Counted from the first letter of the stretch, positions 28,656 to 38,794 are shown. The stretch is 53,461 bases of DNA from an uncultured Eubacteriales bacterium (GCA_902767305.1 CACXHF010000315.1:1-53461); one strand, 5' to 3'. A program made the numbers and translations. Notes: generated from the sequence alone by a model not told the origin.

Positions 28656-29624
28656 TTATTTCCGGCCAGGAGCCATCAGGAGTGCATGCAGACCTCCTTC
28701 AAGCGTCAGCTCCGGTGCTGCTGCCGGGATAAATACCGAATCTCCTTTTCGCAGATCCATCGTATGCGTTCCATAGGCAAGCTGTCCGTCACTGAGTGCA
28801 CAGAGAATTCCGAAACGGGTAGTATCCGCCGGACGAACCATATAACCATCCGGAGTGAGTTCAATTTCATCCAGCGTAAAAGCCGGTTCACTGATATACC
28901 GGGTTACTTTTCCGGAATCAGATCTCTCTGTTATGCCTGTAACTGCTTTCATCTGCAAGTCCGGGCAAACCACATCCAGTCCTTTTTCAATATGCAGCTC
29001 CCTGGACTTTCCGGCAGCATCCACCCGGTCCCAATCATAGAAGCGATAGGTCACATCACTGGACTGCTGTATTTCCGCCACTGAGATACCGCCTCCCAGT
29101 GCATGCAGCATTCCTGCAGGAATATAATACACCTCACCTGCATGAACCTTTACCGTATTGAGACAGTTCTGCAGTGTCTGACCCCCGGCAGCGCAGGCAC
29201 TCCGCAGCTGCTCTTTCGTCACACCCGGACGAACTCCGTAAACAATTTCAGCGCCAGGCTCCGCCTTCAGAATAACCCATGCTTCAGTCTTTCCAAGTTT
29301 TCCTCCCTCATGAATTCCGGCATATACATCATCCGGATGCACCTGTACCGAAAGCCGGTCCGCTGCACTGATGAATTTCAGCAGCAGCGGAAACGTGTCC
29401 CCCACCTCGGATCCACGCATTTCTGTCCCGCCGGCAGCCAGCAGCTCCGTCAGTGTTTTTCCCTCCGCATCCCGGCTCTCGAGTCCGGGCAGAACGGATA
29501 TTTCCAGACTCTCTCCGGTGCGCTCATCCGGAATCTGTTTTCCAAAGTCCCGCAGTCCAGTTCCACCCCAGGGAGTTGCCGCGCCATAGCGGAAACTCGG
29601 TGTCATTTTAATCGGTGCAATCAT
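28656..29624 (-). CDS. manA: mannose-6-phosphate isomerase, class I (Firmicutes type)
   Basis: Motifs: ...PWGG....; LLKFI.A...LSVQVHPDD; GKTEAWVIL. Start set at Met4 (MIAPIK), about 11 nt after GAGGAG. Confidence 0.85.
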   Translation of the reverse strand: MIAPIKMTPSFRYGAATPWGGTGLRDFGKQIPDERTGESLEISVLPGLESRDAEGKTLTELLAAGGTEMRGSEVGDTFPLLLKFISAADRLSVQVHPDDVYAGIHEGGKLGKTEAWVILKAEPGAEIVYGVRPGVTKEQLRSACAAGGQTLQNCLNTVKVHAGEVYYIPAGMLHALGGGISVAEIQQSSDVTYRFYDWDRVDAAGKSRELHIEKGLDVVCPDLQMKAVTGITERSDSGKVTRYISEPAFTLDEIELTPDGYMVRPADTTRFGILCALSDGQLAYGTHTMDLRKGDSVFIPAAAPELTLEGGLHALLMAPGRK

Positions 29625-29669
29625 CCCGTTCACTCTCCTCTGTCGCCTGCTCTGACTCTGAAACCAGAA

Positions 29670-31361
29670 TCAGACATGATTAATAATCGCGTTAACCGCT
29701 GCATGCAGTTCTGCCTCATCTGCCTCGGCCGCAGCCATATCTGCCGCGCTGACCGAGAGATAACACTTAAGCTTCGGCTCTGTTCCACTGGGGCGAACGA
29801 CCAAAGACCGGTCCCCCTCAAGACGGAACTTGAGCACATCTGACTTCGGCAGCCCGTCCAGTCCCTTACTGTAGTCAAGCAGTTCCATCACCCGGAAGGA
29901 TCCGATCCGGTCTCCGCACGTTCTGAATGCTGCCATGATTTTCTGCATCCGTTCAAAACCGGCAGAGCCGTCAAACTCATAGGAATGCAGGGTATTGAGA
30001 CAGCGTCCGTATTCCCTGTACAGTTCTTCAAGGCGCTCAAGGAGGCCAATACCTTTTGCTTTGTAATAAGCAAACATTTCGGCGATCATGAATGCACCGT
30101 CCACCGCATCCTTATCGCGCACATAAGAGCCGGTTAAATACCCGTAACTCTCCTCAAAGCCCATAATGTAGGACGACGCCCTGCCCTGCTTTTCCAGCAG
30201 ACCAATCTGCTCACCGATGAACTTGAAGCCGGTCAGAACATTAATGGTCCGTACACCGTAGCGGGCAGCGATCCGCTCCGCCATGTCAATGGTAACAATA
30301 GTCTTGACCATAACCGGATTATCGGGCATGGTTCCGGCAGCCGCACGACGCTGGCAGATATAATCAAGGAGGAGCATGCCGGTCTCATTGCCCGTCAGCA
30401 GCGTATATTTCCCTTCTGCATTCCGCACAGCTATACCAACACGATCACAGTCCGGATCAGTGGCCATGAGCAGGTCAGCCTCGTTCCGCCTGGCGTATTC
30501 CATGCCCAGTGCCATAGCCTCATGGATCTCCGGGTTTGGATACGGGCAGGTCGGAAAATGACCGTCCGGTTTTTCCTGTTCTGCTACGACTGTAATGTTG
30601 GAATAACCGGACTCACGCAGTGTACGCAGAACAGGCATCAGACCTGTTCCATTGAGTGGAGTGTAGATGATAGCTGCACTGCGGTCCGCTGGCGCATCAT
30701 AAAGAACACTCTGATTTTTTACCTCGGCAATAAAGCGTGTCAGAATCTCATCGCCGATTTTTTTAATTCGTCCGTCTCTGAGACCACCTTCAAAATCCAT
30801 GCAGCGAACATCATCAAAAGCATCAATCCGGTCAATTTCCTCCAGAATAGCTCTGGCTGCCTCAGTAGTAATCTGACATCCGTCCGGTCCGTAAACCTTA
30901 TATCCGTTATATTTGGAAGGATTGTGAGATGCAGTCACCATAATGCCGGCCGCACAATCCAGTTCACGCACTGCATAGGACAGGCATGGAGTTGGCATCA
31001 GCTGAGGATAAATCCACACTTCTATACCATTAGCCGCAAAGACTCCGGATGCCACCTGTGAAAACAGCTCCGATTTGATCCGGGAATCATAGCTGACCGC
31101 AATGCGACGCTTTTCCTGCGGAAAATGTGCAATAACATAATTGGCAAGTCCCTGTGAAGCCTTCCTGACAGTATAAATGTTCATCCGGTTAGTGCCGGCT
31201 CCGATGACACCGCGAAGACCGCCAGTTCCGAATTCAAGCTCCCGGTAAAAAGCATCTTCGATGGCTTCCGGATTTCCAGACATCTCCGCCAGTTCAGCCG
31301 TCAGGTCGGAATCATCCTTTGCACATTCACACCATCTCAGGTAATTTTTCTCAATGTCCAT
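29670..31361 (-). CDS. phosphoglucomutase/phosphomannomutase (alpha-D-phosphohexomutase family)
   Basis: GTGGLRG is present, along with the active-site TASHNPSKYNGYKVY, the metal loop DPDCDR, and the C-terminal RPSGTEPKLK. Start set at Met9 after GAGGAGGA. Confidence 0.9.
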   Translation of the reverse strand: MDIEKNYLRWCECAKDDSDLTAELAEMSGNPEAIEDAFYRELEFGTGGLRGVIGAGTNRMNIYTVRKASQGLANYVIAHFPQEKRRIAVSYDSRIKSELFSQVASGVFAANGIEVWIYPQLMPTPCLSYAVRELDCAAGIMVTASHNPSKYNGYKVYGPDGCQITTEAARAILEEIDRIDAFDDVRCMDFEGGLRDGRIKKIGDEILTRFIAEVKNQSVLYDAPADRSAAIIYTPLNGTGLMPVLRTLRESGYSNITVVAEQEKPDGHFPTCPYPNPEIHEAMALGMEYARRNEADLLMATDPDCDRVGIAVRNAEGKYTLLTGNETGMLLLDYICQRRAAAGTMPDNPVMVKTIVTIDMAERIAARYGVRTINVLTGFKFIGEQIGLLEKQGRASSYIMGFEESYGYLTGSYVRDKDAVDGAFMIAEMFAYYKAKGIGLLERLEELYREYGRCLNTLHSYEFDGSAGFERMQKIMAAFRTCGDRIGSFRVMELLDYSKGLDGLPKSDVLKFRLEGDRSLVVRPSGTEPKLKCYLSVSAADMAAAEADEAELHAAVNAIINHV

Positions 31362-31712
31362 CCCTTTTGTCCTCCTCATCCTCATGCCTGATCTCCGGAA
31401 AAGATGATAACAGATTCTGCTATCGTATCAGCGGCGCACCATGTTCGAATTCTCCGCAAAATATCCTGTTCCATGGCACACATTCCTTATGCATTATATC
31501 GAATTCAAGGGGAAGAATCAAGGCGGAGAGACCCGCCGTTATCCCTGTATGATTCCACTCCCTTTAAATTTTTCCTGTTTCCCGGCTTCTGCCTTTCTCC
31601 TGTTCCGTTTTATCTCCTCCGGTTTTTGACTGATCTACAGATTAAACGAAAGAATGCCCTGGAATACCCTCCTGTTTTATACGACAGGTATCTTCCTTTT
31701 TTGAATAATCTG

Positions 31713-31961
31713 TGTTAGAATACTGCCACCTGCTAAGAAGGAAAGAAGTAGGCCTGCCAAACCTCTTGCAGAGAGTACCCGGCTGGTGGAAGGGTACAGA
31801 GGCGCAGACTGAATACATTCCGGAGCATCATCCCGAACGGTTCAGACCAAGTAGGCGATGACGGGTCTGCCCGTTACAGCTGCCTGGAGGGGCTAACGCC
31901 TGAACCAGAGGTGGTACCACGATAAAATCGTCCTCTGTCCCATTTGGGACAGAGTTTTTTT
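31713..31961 (+). promoter_or_regulatory. T-box riboswitch leader (Tyr specifier) with an extended -10 promoter, controlling tyrS
   Basis: TGtTAGAAT at 31713-31721. Stem I carries the AGAGAG and GGTGGAA elements. The specifier-loop context is GAA-TAC-A, with TAC at 31814-31816. The T-box sequence AACCAGAGGTGGTACCACG lies at about 31903-31921. The terminator is ctctgtccc (31933-31941) / gggacagag (31946-31954) followed by T7. Confidence 0.8.
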
Positions 31962-32002
31962 CGTACAGGGCTGCCGGATTGTACAGGAAAGGAAGAAAGA
32001 AC

Positions 32003-33223
32003 ATGCAGATCTATGAAGAATTGCAAAAGCGCGGCCTCATCGCGCAGGTCACTGATGAACCCGAAATACGTGAACTGATCAACAACGGTGGTGCGCGCTT
32101 CTATATCGGATTTGATCCGACAGCAGACTCGCTTCATGTCGGCCACTTTATGGCACTGTGCCTCATGAAGCGTCTGCAGATGGCGGGCAATCGTCCGGTT
32201 GTCCTGCTTGGCGGCGGTACCGGATATATCGGCGACCCGTCCGGCCGGACCGACATGCGCTCCATGATGACCCCCGAAACCATTCAGCACAACTGCGAAT
32301 GCTTCAAGAAGCAGATGGAGCGGTTCATCGAGTTTGGCGACGGAAAAGCCATTATTGTCAACAATGCAGACTGGCTGCTCTCCCTCAACTACATTGAGCT
32401 TTTGCGCGAAGTCGGTGCACATTTTTCCGTCAATAATATGCTTCGCGCCGAGTGTTACAAACAGCGTATGGAACGCGGACTCAGTTTCCTTGAGTTTAAT
32501 TACATGATCATGCAGGCCTATGACTTTCTGCACCTGCATACCACCTATGGCTGCAACATGCAGTTCGGCGGTGATGATCAGTGGTCCAACATGCTGGCAG
32601 GAACTGAACTGATTCGCAAAAAGACAGGCGATGACGCATATGCCATGACCATCACTCTGCTGATGAACAGTGAAGGCAAGAAGATGGGCAAGACCGCCAA
32701 AGGTGCGGTCTGGCTTGACCCCAACAAAACCACTCCTTTCGAATTCTACCAGTACTGGCGCAATGTCAACGATGCAGATGTCATGAAATGCATTCGCATG
32801 CTGACCTTCGTCCCGATTGAGCAGATCGATGAAATGGAGCACTGGGACGACAGCCGGATCAATGAGAAAAAAGATCTGCTGGCCTACGAGCTGACTGCTC
32901 TGGTACATGGCAACGAGGAAGCCGATAAGGCACGCGATGCTTCTCGCGCTCTGTTCTCAGGTGCCGGTGATGATTCCAATATGCCGACCACCATTCTGAG
33001 CGCAGAGGAAGCCGGAAAAGGCATGACCGTAGTTGACCTCATGATGCGCCTCGGTCTGGCCAAGAGTAAAAGTGAAATTCGTCGGCTCGTTGAGCAGGGT
33101 GGTGTAACCATCGACGGGAATCCCGTTGCCTCTTTTGACACACTGGTTCCGGGCGATGATCTTGTCAGAGGCGTCAAGATCCGCAAGGGCAAGAAAGTTT
33201 TCCATAAGGCAGTTATCGGCTGA
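32003..33223 (+). CDS. tyrS: tyrosine--tRNA ligase
   Basis: Start at MQIYEELQKRGL. HIGH-type motif (LHVGHF), KMSKS-type motif (KMGKT) and a C-terminal S4 domain. The T-box leader has a matching UAC codon. Confidence 0.95.
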   Translation: MQIYEELQKRGLIAQVTDEPEIRELINNGGARFYIGFDPTADSLHVGHFMALCLMKRLQMAGNRPVVLLGGGTGYIGDPSGRTDMRSMMTPETIQHNCECFKKQMERFIEFGDGKAIIVNNADWLLSLNYIELLREVGAHFSVNNMLRAECYKQRMERGLSFLEFNYMIMQAYDFLHLHTTYGCNMQFGGDDQWSNMLAGTELIRKKTGDDAYAMTITLLMNSEGKKMGKTAKGAVWLDPNKTTPFEFYQYWRNVNDADVMKCIRMLTFVPIEQIDEMEHWDDSRINEKKDLLAYELTALVHGNEEADKARDASRALFSGAGDDSNMPTTILSAEEAGKGMTVVDLMMRLGLAKSKSEIRRLVEQGGVTIDGNPVASFDTLVPGDDLVRGVKIRKGKKVFHKAVIG

Positions 33224-33230
33224 CACATCA

Positions 33231-33262
33231 GGCGGCACCGTAACTTCGGTGCCGCCTTCATT
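33231..33262 (+). terminator. probable tyrS terminator
   Basis: 10-bp GC-rich stem ggcggcaccg (33231-33240) / cggtgccgcc (33247-33256), 8 nt after the stop. The U-tract is weak (ttcatt). Confidence 0.45.
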
Positions 33263-33482
33263 ATGCCGACCGGATTCCTGCTTTGCCTGAGGAAAGAAAA
33301 AGCATGAAACAGCAGCCGTTTTTCCGGATTTGACTGACATTCCTTCGGTTGTGCTATCTGTCTGCCGGACGTAAAAGAAAAGCTCATCAACTTCACGATG
33401 AGCTTATAGGCTGGTCTGAAAACAGGAAAACTCCAGTGTTCAGGAGGAAATTGCCTCCCATCACCTTTCTTCCGGAAAATGT

Positions 33483-35141
33483 TTATTTTTCGGTATCAAT
33501 GATACGGACATTTTCACGCCCGAACACATCAAAAACTTTTTGCAGATTCTCCTCTGCCTGGCGTTTAGCTTCCTTTCTGGCATCCAGAATTCGCTGATCC
33601 TTCTCCTCAACCGTTCCCTCAAGGGCCGCTTTGAAGGTGCAGGGATGGCCTGCCGCCACACTGAGAGCAGTTGCTACCTGTTCGTTCCGTTCCCTCGAAT
33701 TGAGCATTCCCACATTCAGTCCGCCCGTTTTCGCATTGAACACGACCGTAAACAGGCCATTTTCCTCATGCGCCAGTCGTCCAGGCACCAAAAGTGCATA
33801 CAGCATGGGCATAGACTTGCGGATTTCCTGCATCATTGCCTTGTACACAGCCTCTGCTGTCGGTTCAACTCCCGGGTCCGTGCCGACCGTCTTTTCACTC
33901 ACAGGAGAATCTGTTCCTTCTGCTGCAATCTTCTTCGCCGTCCCTCTCGCCGGACGTACGCTGACTGCAATCTCACCTGCCTGAATTTTCCGCTCCAGTT
34001 CATCCAGACGCTCACGCATCGCCTCCATCTGAAGGCTTTCCTCAGGAAGGCAGGCACGCAAAGCCGCATTTTCCGCTGCAAAACGTGGCTGTGATGACCA
34101 GCGCATATCTGCCTCCGCCTGCAGAAACAGATTCATGATCCGCATCAGACGAAGCTGTGTCGTTTTGCCCGCCTGCTGATAATATGCATCCGCGTCCTCC
34201 TGTGTTACCTCGAGAACCTGCGCACAGGCTTCCCTGCCGCACACAAACGTCATGAGAAGCGCCCGGAAGTGACTGCTGACGTCCTTCTGAAAAACCTGAA
34301 TTTCCTTGCCGCTGCGCATAACAGCATCTATTTTAGCGAGAACGCCTGCACTGTCTCCGGCAATAATCAGATCCGCAAAATCAAATAACGTGCTTCTGTC
34401 AGATGACCCGAGAATCTCCCGGACCAGTGCATCCGAGAGTCCTTCTGTATTTTCAAGCGCATAACCCATGCACATATCTGCGATGGACCAGGCGTCCCGC
34501 ATTCCACCCTCAGCCGCTCGGGCAATTCGTTCCACTGCCGTTTTTTCATAAGGAATGTTCTCTGCCTGGATTGCCTCCTCAAGACGTGCCGCAATTTTCA
34601 CCAGAGGAATTCTCCCGAAATCAAACCGCTGACATCTGGAGAGAATTGTGGCAGGCAGCTTCTGCGGCTCCGTCGTTGCCAGAATAAACTTGGCATGAGC
34701 CGGTGGTTCTTCAAGCGTCTTCAGCAGCGCATTAAATGCCCCCTGAGAGAGCATATGTACCTCGTCAATGATATACACCCGATATCGTCCAACCGCAGGC
34801 GGATACTTCACCTTGTCCCGCAGGTCCCGGATTTCTTCCACGCCATTATTGCTGGCTGCGTCGATTTCAAGCACGTCCAGAGTACTGTCCTCCTGCAGCG
34901 ACTGACAGATGGCACAGTGTCCACAAGGTTCTCCGTCCACTGGCGTCTCACAGTTAATCGCCCTGGCAAACACCTTTGCGGCTGACGTTTTGCCTGTTCC
35001 CCTGGTTCCGCAAAAAAGATAGGCATGCGCGATTCTTCCGCTCATTACCTGACTCTTCAGAGTCTTAATGATCGCTTCCTGTCCAACAAAATCCTGAAAT
35101 TTCGCCGGCCGATATCGTCTGTATAATGCCTGATATGCCAT
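33483..35141 (-). CDS. dnaX: DNA polymerase III subunit gamma/tau
   Basis: Start set at Met63 (MAYQALYRRYRP), after AAGGAG. Motifs: FVGQE; Walker A GTRGTGKTS; zinc module C..C..C; DEVHML; SRC (LSRCQRF). Confidence 0.9.
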   Translation of the reverse strand: MAYQALYRRYRPAKFQDFVGQEAIIKTLKSQVMSGRIAHAYLFCGTRGTGKTSAAKVFARAINCETPVDGEPCGHCAICQSLQEDSTLDVLEIDAASNNGVEEIRDLRDKVKYPPAVGRYRVYIIDEVHMLSQGAFNALLKTLEEPPAHAKFILATTEPQKLPATILSRCQRFDFGRIPLVKIAARLEEAIQAENIPYEKTAVERIARAAEGGMRDAWSIADMCMGYALENTEGLSDALVREILGSSDRSTLFDFADLIIAGDSAGVLAKIDAVMRSGKEIQVFQKDVSSHFRALLMTFVCGREACAQVLEVTQEDADAYYQQAGKTTQLRLMRIMNLFLQAEADMRWSSQPRFAAENAALRACLPEESLQMEAMRERLDELERKIQAGEIAVSVRPARGTAKKIAAEGTDSPVSEKTVGTDPGVEPTAEAVYKAMMQEIRKSMPMLYALLVPGRLAHEENGLFTVVFNAKTGGLNVGMLNSRERNEQVATALSVAAGHPCTFKAALEGTVEEKDQRILDARKEAKRQAEENLQKVFDVFGRENVRIIDTEK

Positions 35142-35457
35142 CTTACTGCAACTCCTTCGACAAACGTCCCCCAGGCTCCGACAAGAATCCGGTATGGACA
35201 TTCCCGGTTCCCGCGCAGATCTGCCGGGGCAACACTTTTTCTCTGTGATTTCATGAAAAGTGCAGTGTCCTCTCCGGCACTGCAGCTCCGAATGATTTCT
35301 GCACCATTCCCTGACGCTCTGCGTCAACCTCTGAATTTATTAAAATGTCATTCCGTTCTATTCAACCTTTTTCCTGCATCACCGGTACGAACCCCTGCCA
35401 GAAACCCGTCCGCACGGGCTGCTCCTGATATGGTAGCATTTGTCCGAGCTGACCCTG

Positions 35458-36318
35458 TTATATATTTTTCGGATTAGTCCTTGCCCGAGGAATGAAAAAG
35501 TCCGGATGCTCACCCAGCCAGGTAGTCTGAGGCATGCATGTAAGCAGGGATAGGTCCTCTTTGCTCAGTTCAAAACTGAACGCTTCAAGATTTGCTCTGA
35601 TGTGTGCATCACTGCTGGCTTTGGGTATCGGCAGAATTCCTTTCTGAATCAAAAAACGAAGATTGATCTGCTGAGGACTGCGGCCATACTTTTCTGCCAG
35701 ACGCATAATAATGGCATTTCCTGCCGTTGCCTGTATTTCTCCCCGTCCAAAAGGACTCCATGCCATGGGAAGAACGTCTTTTTCCTTGCAGAAGGCTACT
35801 GCCGCCTCCTGAGAGTATCCCGGATGGATCTCCAGCTGATCCACCACAGGATGAATTGTACAGTTCTCAAGAATATTTTCAAGATGATGCGGCAGAAAAT
35901 TGGAAAGTCCCAGTTTCCGCACTTTTCCCTTTGCTACAAGTTCCTCAAGAACATGATACACCCGGATATCCCTTTCCTGCCATGCCTCGTTCATCTCTCC
36001 CGTTTCTCTTGGCCAGTGAATCATGTATATGTCCACATAGTCCATCTCAAGCCGGCGAAGGCTGCGGTCAAGCGCTGCAGCAGGATCATCCATCTCGTCA
36101 ATCCACAGTTTGGTTTCAATAATAAATTCTTCCCGGGGCACCCCACTTGCGCGGACTGCCGTTCCGAGAATCCGTTCAGTCTCATACAATGAAGCCGTGT
36201 CAAAAAGACGATATCCCGCATCTATGGCCTGCCGGACCGGTCGGTCAGAGGTTAGCTGATAAGTTCCAAAGCCTATTGCAGGGATCTGTGATCCGTCACA
36301 TAGTGTAAATAGTGTCAT
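35458..36318 (-). CDS. aldo-keto reductase family oxidoreductase
   Basis: Start set at Met51 (MTLFTLCDGSQIPAIGFGTYQL), after GGGAGG. Motifs: DTASLYE; TKLW; IPKASS..HI..N. Confidence 0.85.
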   Translation of the reverse strand: MTLFTLCDGSQIPAIGFGTYQLTSDRPVRQAIDAGYRLFDTASLYETERILGTAVRASGVPREEFIIETKLWIDEMDDPAAALDRSLRRLEMDYVDIYMIHWPRETGEMNEAWQERDIRVYHVLEELVAKGKVRKLGLSNFLPHHLENILENCTIHPVVDQLEIHPGYSQEAAVAFCKEKDVLPMAWSPFGRGEIQATAGNAIIMRLAEKYGRSPQQINLRFLIQKGILPIPKASSDAHIRANLEAFSFELSKEDLSLLTCMPQTTWLGEHPDFFIPRARTNPKNI

Positions 36319-37091
36319 TTTATCCTCCCGTTCCGGGTTTCCCTGATCTAAATTTTCTGTTTCTCCGAAGTCAATGTTCTTGTTTTGAAAAACATCATTT
36401 GATAATAGTAAATCTGTATAGCATCCTGCTTCTCTGAAATCTGTTTTATTGCGAGGTGAGCGTATCACCTGAATATCATACAGAAAAAAATTCTCTGAAT
36501 ATCTTCAGGGGATTTCTAAAGCGGATGCTTCTCTCTGCTGATGAGTATTGAAGACATTCATCCTCTTCGATCTCCCAAGAAGTACCTCTAATTTCGTCAG
36601 TTCTCGTTTTCTGCGCGGTTTTTCCGTTTGATTTCCCAAAGACCCGGTCTGCAGTTTTCCCGGCTTACGTATCATGGATTCCTGCTTTCGATTTTCACCA
36701 ATTCGCTGATCCGTTCTTTTTTATCCTTCCGAAACCATGTGACTGTAATGCTGCAGCTTCCACAACAACAGTTCAACAAAGCGGTAGGTTTGCATCAGGG
36801 CATCATCCCGTTTTTCCCGGGCTGCTTTTTTCAAATCGGCAACTTCATGTTCACACAGACATTCACTGGAAAAGATCCAGAACCACATCGGATCGATAAT
36901 CATAGCCTCCACGATGTAACATATCCGGTTTCACATTGCCCGGAAGACGTTTGTCGCAAGTGTCGTTCAGAATGCAAACATGCCGTTCAAAGCCTGTTTA
37001 AAAAATCCCTTCGAATTAACTCTCTCTTCTGTAACTTTCATGATACCACAACTCAAAACTCTCTTCAACGGATCTTTTCTCTCAAAAATCA

Positions 37092-37116
37092 GCTTTCAAA
37101 GAGCGCTTTCAAAGAG
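37092..37116. repeat. tandem 12-nt direct repeat gctttcaaagag (two copies, 1-nt spacer)
   Basis: Copies lie at 37092-37103 and 37105-37116. Each contains the short palindrome CTTT-c-AAAG. The repeat sits inside a region of about 1 kb with no convincing gene. Confidence 0.5.
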
Positions 37117-37431
37117 CTTCTTGTATAATCTTTTTGCCGAAGAAACAATGACATAGATTAATCTACGTAATCCTGTATATACAGCCACATGCAGATGATC
37201 TCCATCCACGATTCGCCGGACATTTCCGGAGTCATCCTGTTTCTTTCCGTACCTATTCGTTTCAGAAGTATCATATCCTGTCATTCTTCACTTGTATATT
37301 TCCAGTTTACAAAACATATTTTCCTGAGTAGCCAGTATGCTTATAAGGCTATTATAAATGGTCACCCAGAAAAGGTTCAGATCTGAATTCTTTTTCAATC
37401 CGTCCGAATCAATCTCCAATGCACAAAAAAC

Positions 37432-37460
37432 TTGACACTGACAGACACTTCGGGTATAAC
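37432..37460 (+). promoter_or_regulatory. candidate sigma-A promoter of the 37502 gene
   Basis: TTGACA (37432-37437), a 17-nt spacer, then TATAAC (37455-37460). AAAGAGG lies 6 nt before the ATG. Confidence 0.4.
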
Positions 37461-37501
37461 TTTCCTTGAAATTATATAGTTAAAATCCAAAGAGGTGTTC
37501 T

Positions 37502-38794
37502 ATGATCTATGAACCATATCAGCTTGCCTTCTTTGTTCTGATTTACAGTTTTATCGGCTGGGGATTTGAAACGTTGGTTTATTCTTTTTCACAGCGGAAA
37601 CTGATTAACGCTGGTTTTCTGACTATGCCTTTTATCCTGAACTACGGCCTGACCATGTCTGTCCTGGTCAGCATTCTCCCGACCTTCGGAACAAACCTTT
37701 TCTTTCAGTATGTCAATACCCTTATCGTATCCTCCGTCATTGAACGCCTGTGTCTTTGGACAATCCACCGTCTCTGTCCCGGAATATCCTGGGCAAAGCG
37801 CAGCAGTCTGTTTGACGGCCACGTCAAAGGCGTTGTCGGATCTCTCCTGATCGCATTAGGTTATTTCATTGCCTACCATCTGCTTCATGCTCCCGTGCTT
37901 CTGCTTCTCTCTTTTATTCCGTCCCTGCTGATTCAGATTCTGACCATCATTCTCTGGCTGATCATTCTGGCAGACCTGATTCTGGTTGTTACCTCCTGTC
38001 GAAACGGCAAATACAAGGAACTGTATGAACAGTCAAGTCGTGCACGCATGTCTAACCGCCTGCAGCAGCATATCTGGAACCGCATTCAGCGTGCCTATCC
38101 GGGAATCCCCAGTCTCAGTGACAGTGATGATGCCGAATATACCTTTGGAAAAGGACTCAGCTTCGATAAACTGATCTGGGTATTCCTCATCTCGGCGCTT
38201 GTCGGCGACCTGGTAGAATTTCTGTACTGCGGGTTCGTCGATCACCGCTGGATGCACCGCTCCAGTGTCCTTTACGGGCCTTTCAGCTTTGTCTGGGGCA
38301 TCGGTGCAGTCCTGCTGACCATCTCTCTGACACGTCTTGCACGCAAGTCCTATGTCTATGTTTTCTTTGGCGGTTTCTTTATCGGCGGAGTCTATGAATA
38401 TCTTTGCAGTGTTTTTACAGAACTGGTTTTCGGAACTATTTTCTGGACATATTCACATCTTCCACTGAATATCGGCGGCCGTACCAACCTTCTGTTCTGT
38501 TTCTTCTGGGGACTTCTCAGTCTGGTCTGGGTACGGATTATCTATCCTTCCATGTCAAAACTGATTGAAAAAATTCCGCCCGTGACCGGGAAAATTATCA
38601 CCTGGGTACTGGTTGCTGTCATGACTCTCAATGGAGCCCTGACAATGACCGCCCTGATCCGTTATAACCAGCGTCATACCAATCCTGCAGCCCATACAAA
38701 GCTGGAACAGTTTATCGATAATCAATATCCGGATGAACGAATAAAAAATCGCTGGCCCAATATGATCATCGTCCCGAAAGATACTGGCGTCTGA
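37502..38794 (+). CDS. polytopic membrane protein with two copies of the 'putative ABC-transporter type IV' (DUF1113-like) module
   Basis: 430 aa. Module 1: FVLIYSFIGWGFETLVYS...INAGFLTMPFILNYG. Module 2: VFLISALVGDLVEFLYCG...SVLYGPFSFVWGIG. Confidence 0.7.
   Translation: MIYEPYQLAFFVLIYSFIGWGFETLVYSFSQRKLINAGFLTMPFILNYGLTMSVLVSILPTFGTNLFFQYVNTLIVSSVIERLCLWTIHRLCPGISWAKRSSLFDGHVKGVVGSLLIALGYFIAYHLLHAPVLLLLSFIPSLLIQILTIILWLIILADLILVVTSCRNGKYKELYEQSSRARMSNRLQQHIWNRIQRAYPGIPSLSDSDDAEYTFGKGLSFDKLIWVFLISALVGDLVEFLYCGFVDHRWMHRSSVLYGPFSFVWGIGAVLLTISLTRLARKSYVYVFFGGFFIGGVYEYLCSVFTELVFGTIFWTYSHLPLNIGGRTNLLFCFFWGLLSLVWVRIIYPSMSKLIEKIPPVTGKIITWVLVAVMTLNGALTMTALIRYNQRHTNPAAHTKLEQFIDNQYPDERIKNRWPNMIIVPKDTGV

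Noticed and set aside
35142-35457. Possible SRP RNA (ffs/scRNA) on the minus strand upstream of dnaX. The idea was prompted by the usual Firmicutes synteny and by the fragments CAGGGTCAGCTCGGA and AGGAGCAGCC.
   Set aside because: The conserved domain IV core (GUCAGGUCCGGAAGGAAGCAGC with a GNRA tetraloop) is not present intact, because the two similar fragments are separated by about 20 nt. Part of the region is better explained as a weak terminator hairpin (cccgt-gcgg-acggg at about 35404-35417) after the aldo-keto reductase gene. A covariance-model search is needed to settle it.
36470-37300. A degraded IS element (IS66-like). The idea came from the minus-strand fragments ...ELLLWKLQHYSHMVSEG and ...RKPGKLQTG...KPRRKRELTKLEVLL.
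   Set aside because: The similarity is only impressionistic. I found no inverted repeats, no DDE motif and no long frame. It is kept only as a coding desert in the findings.
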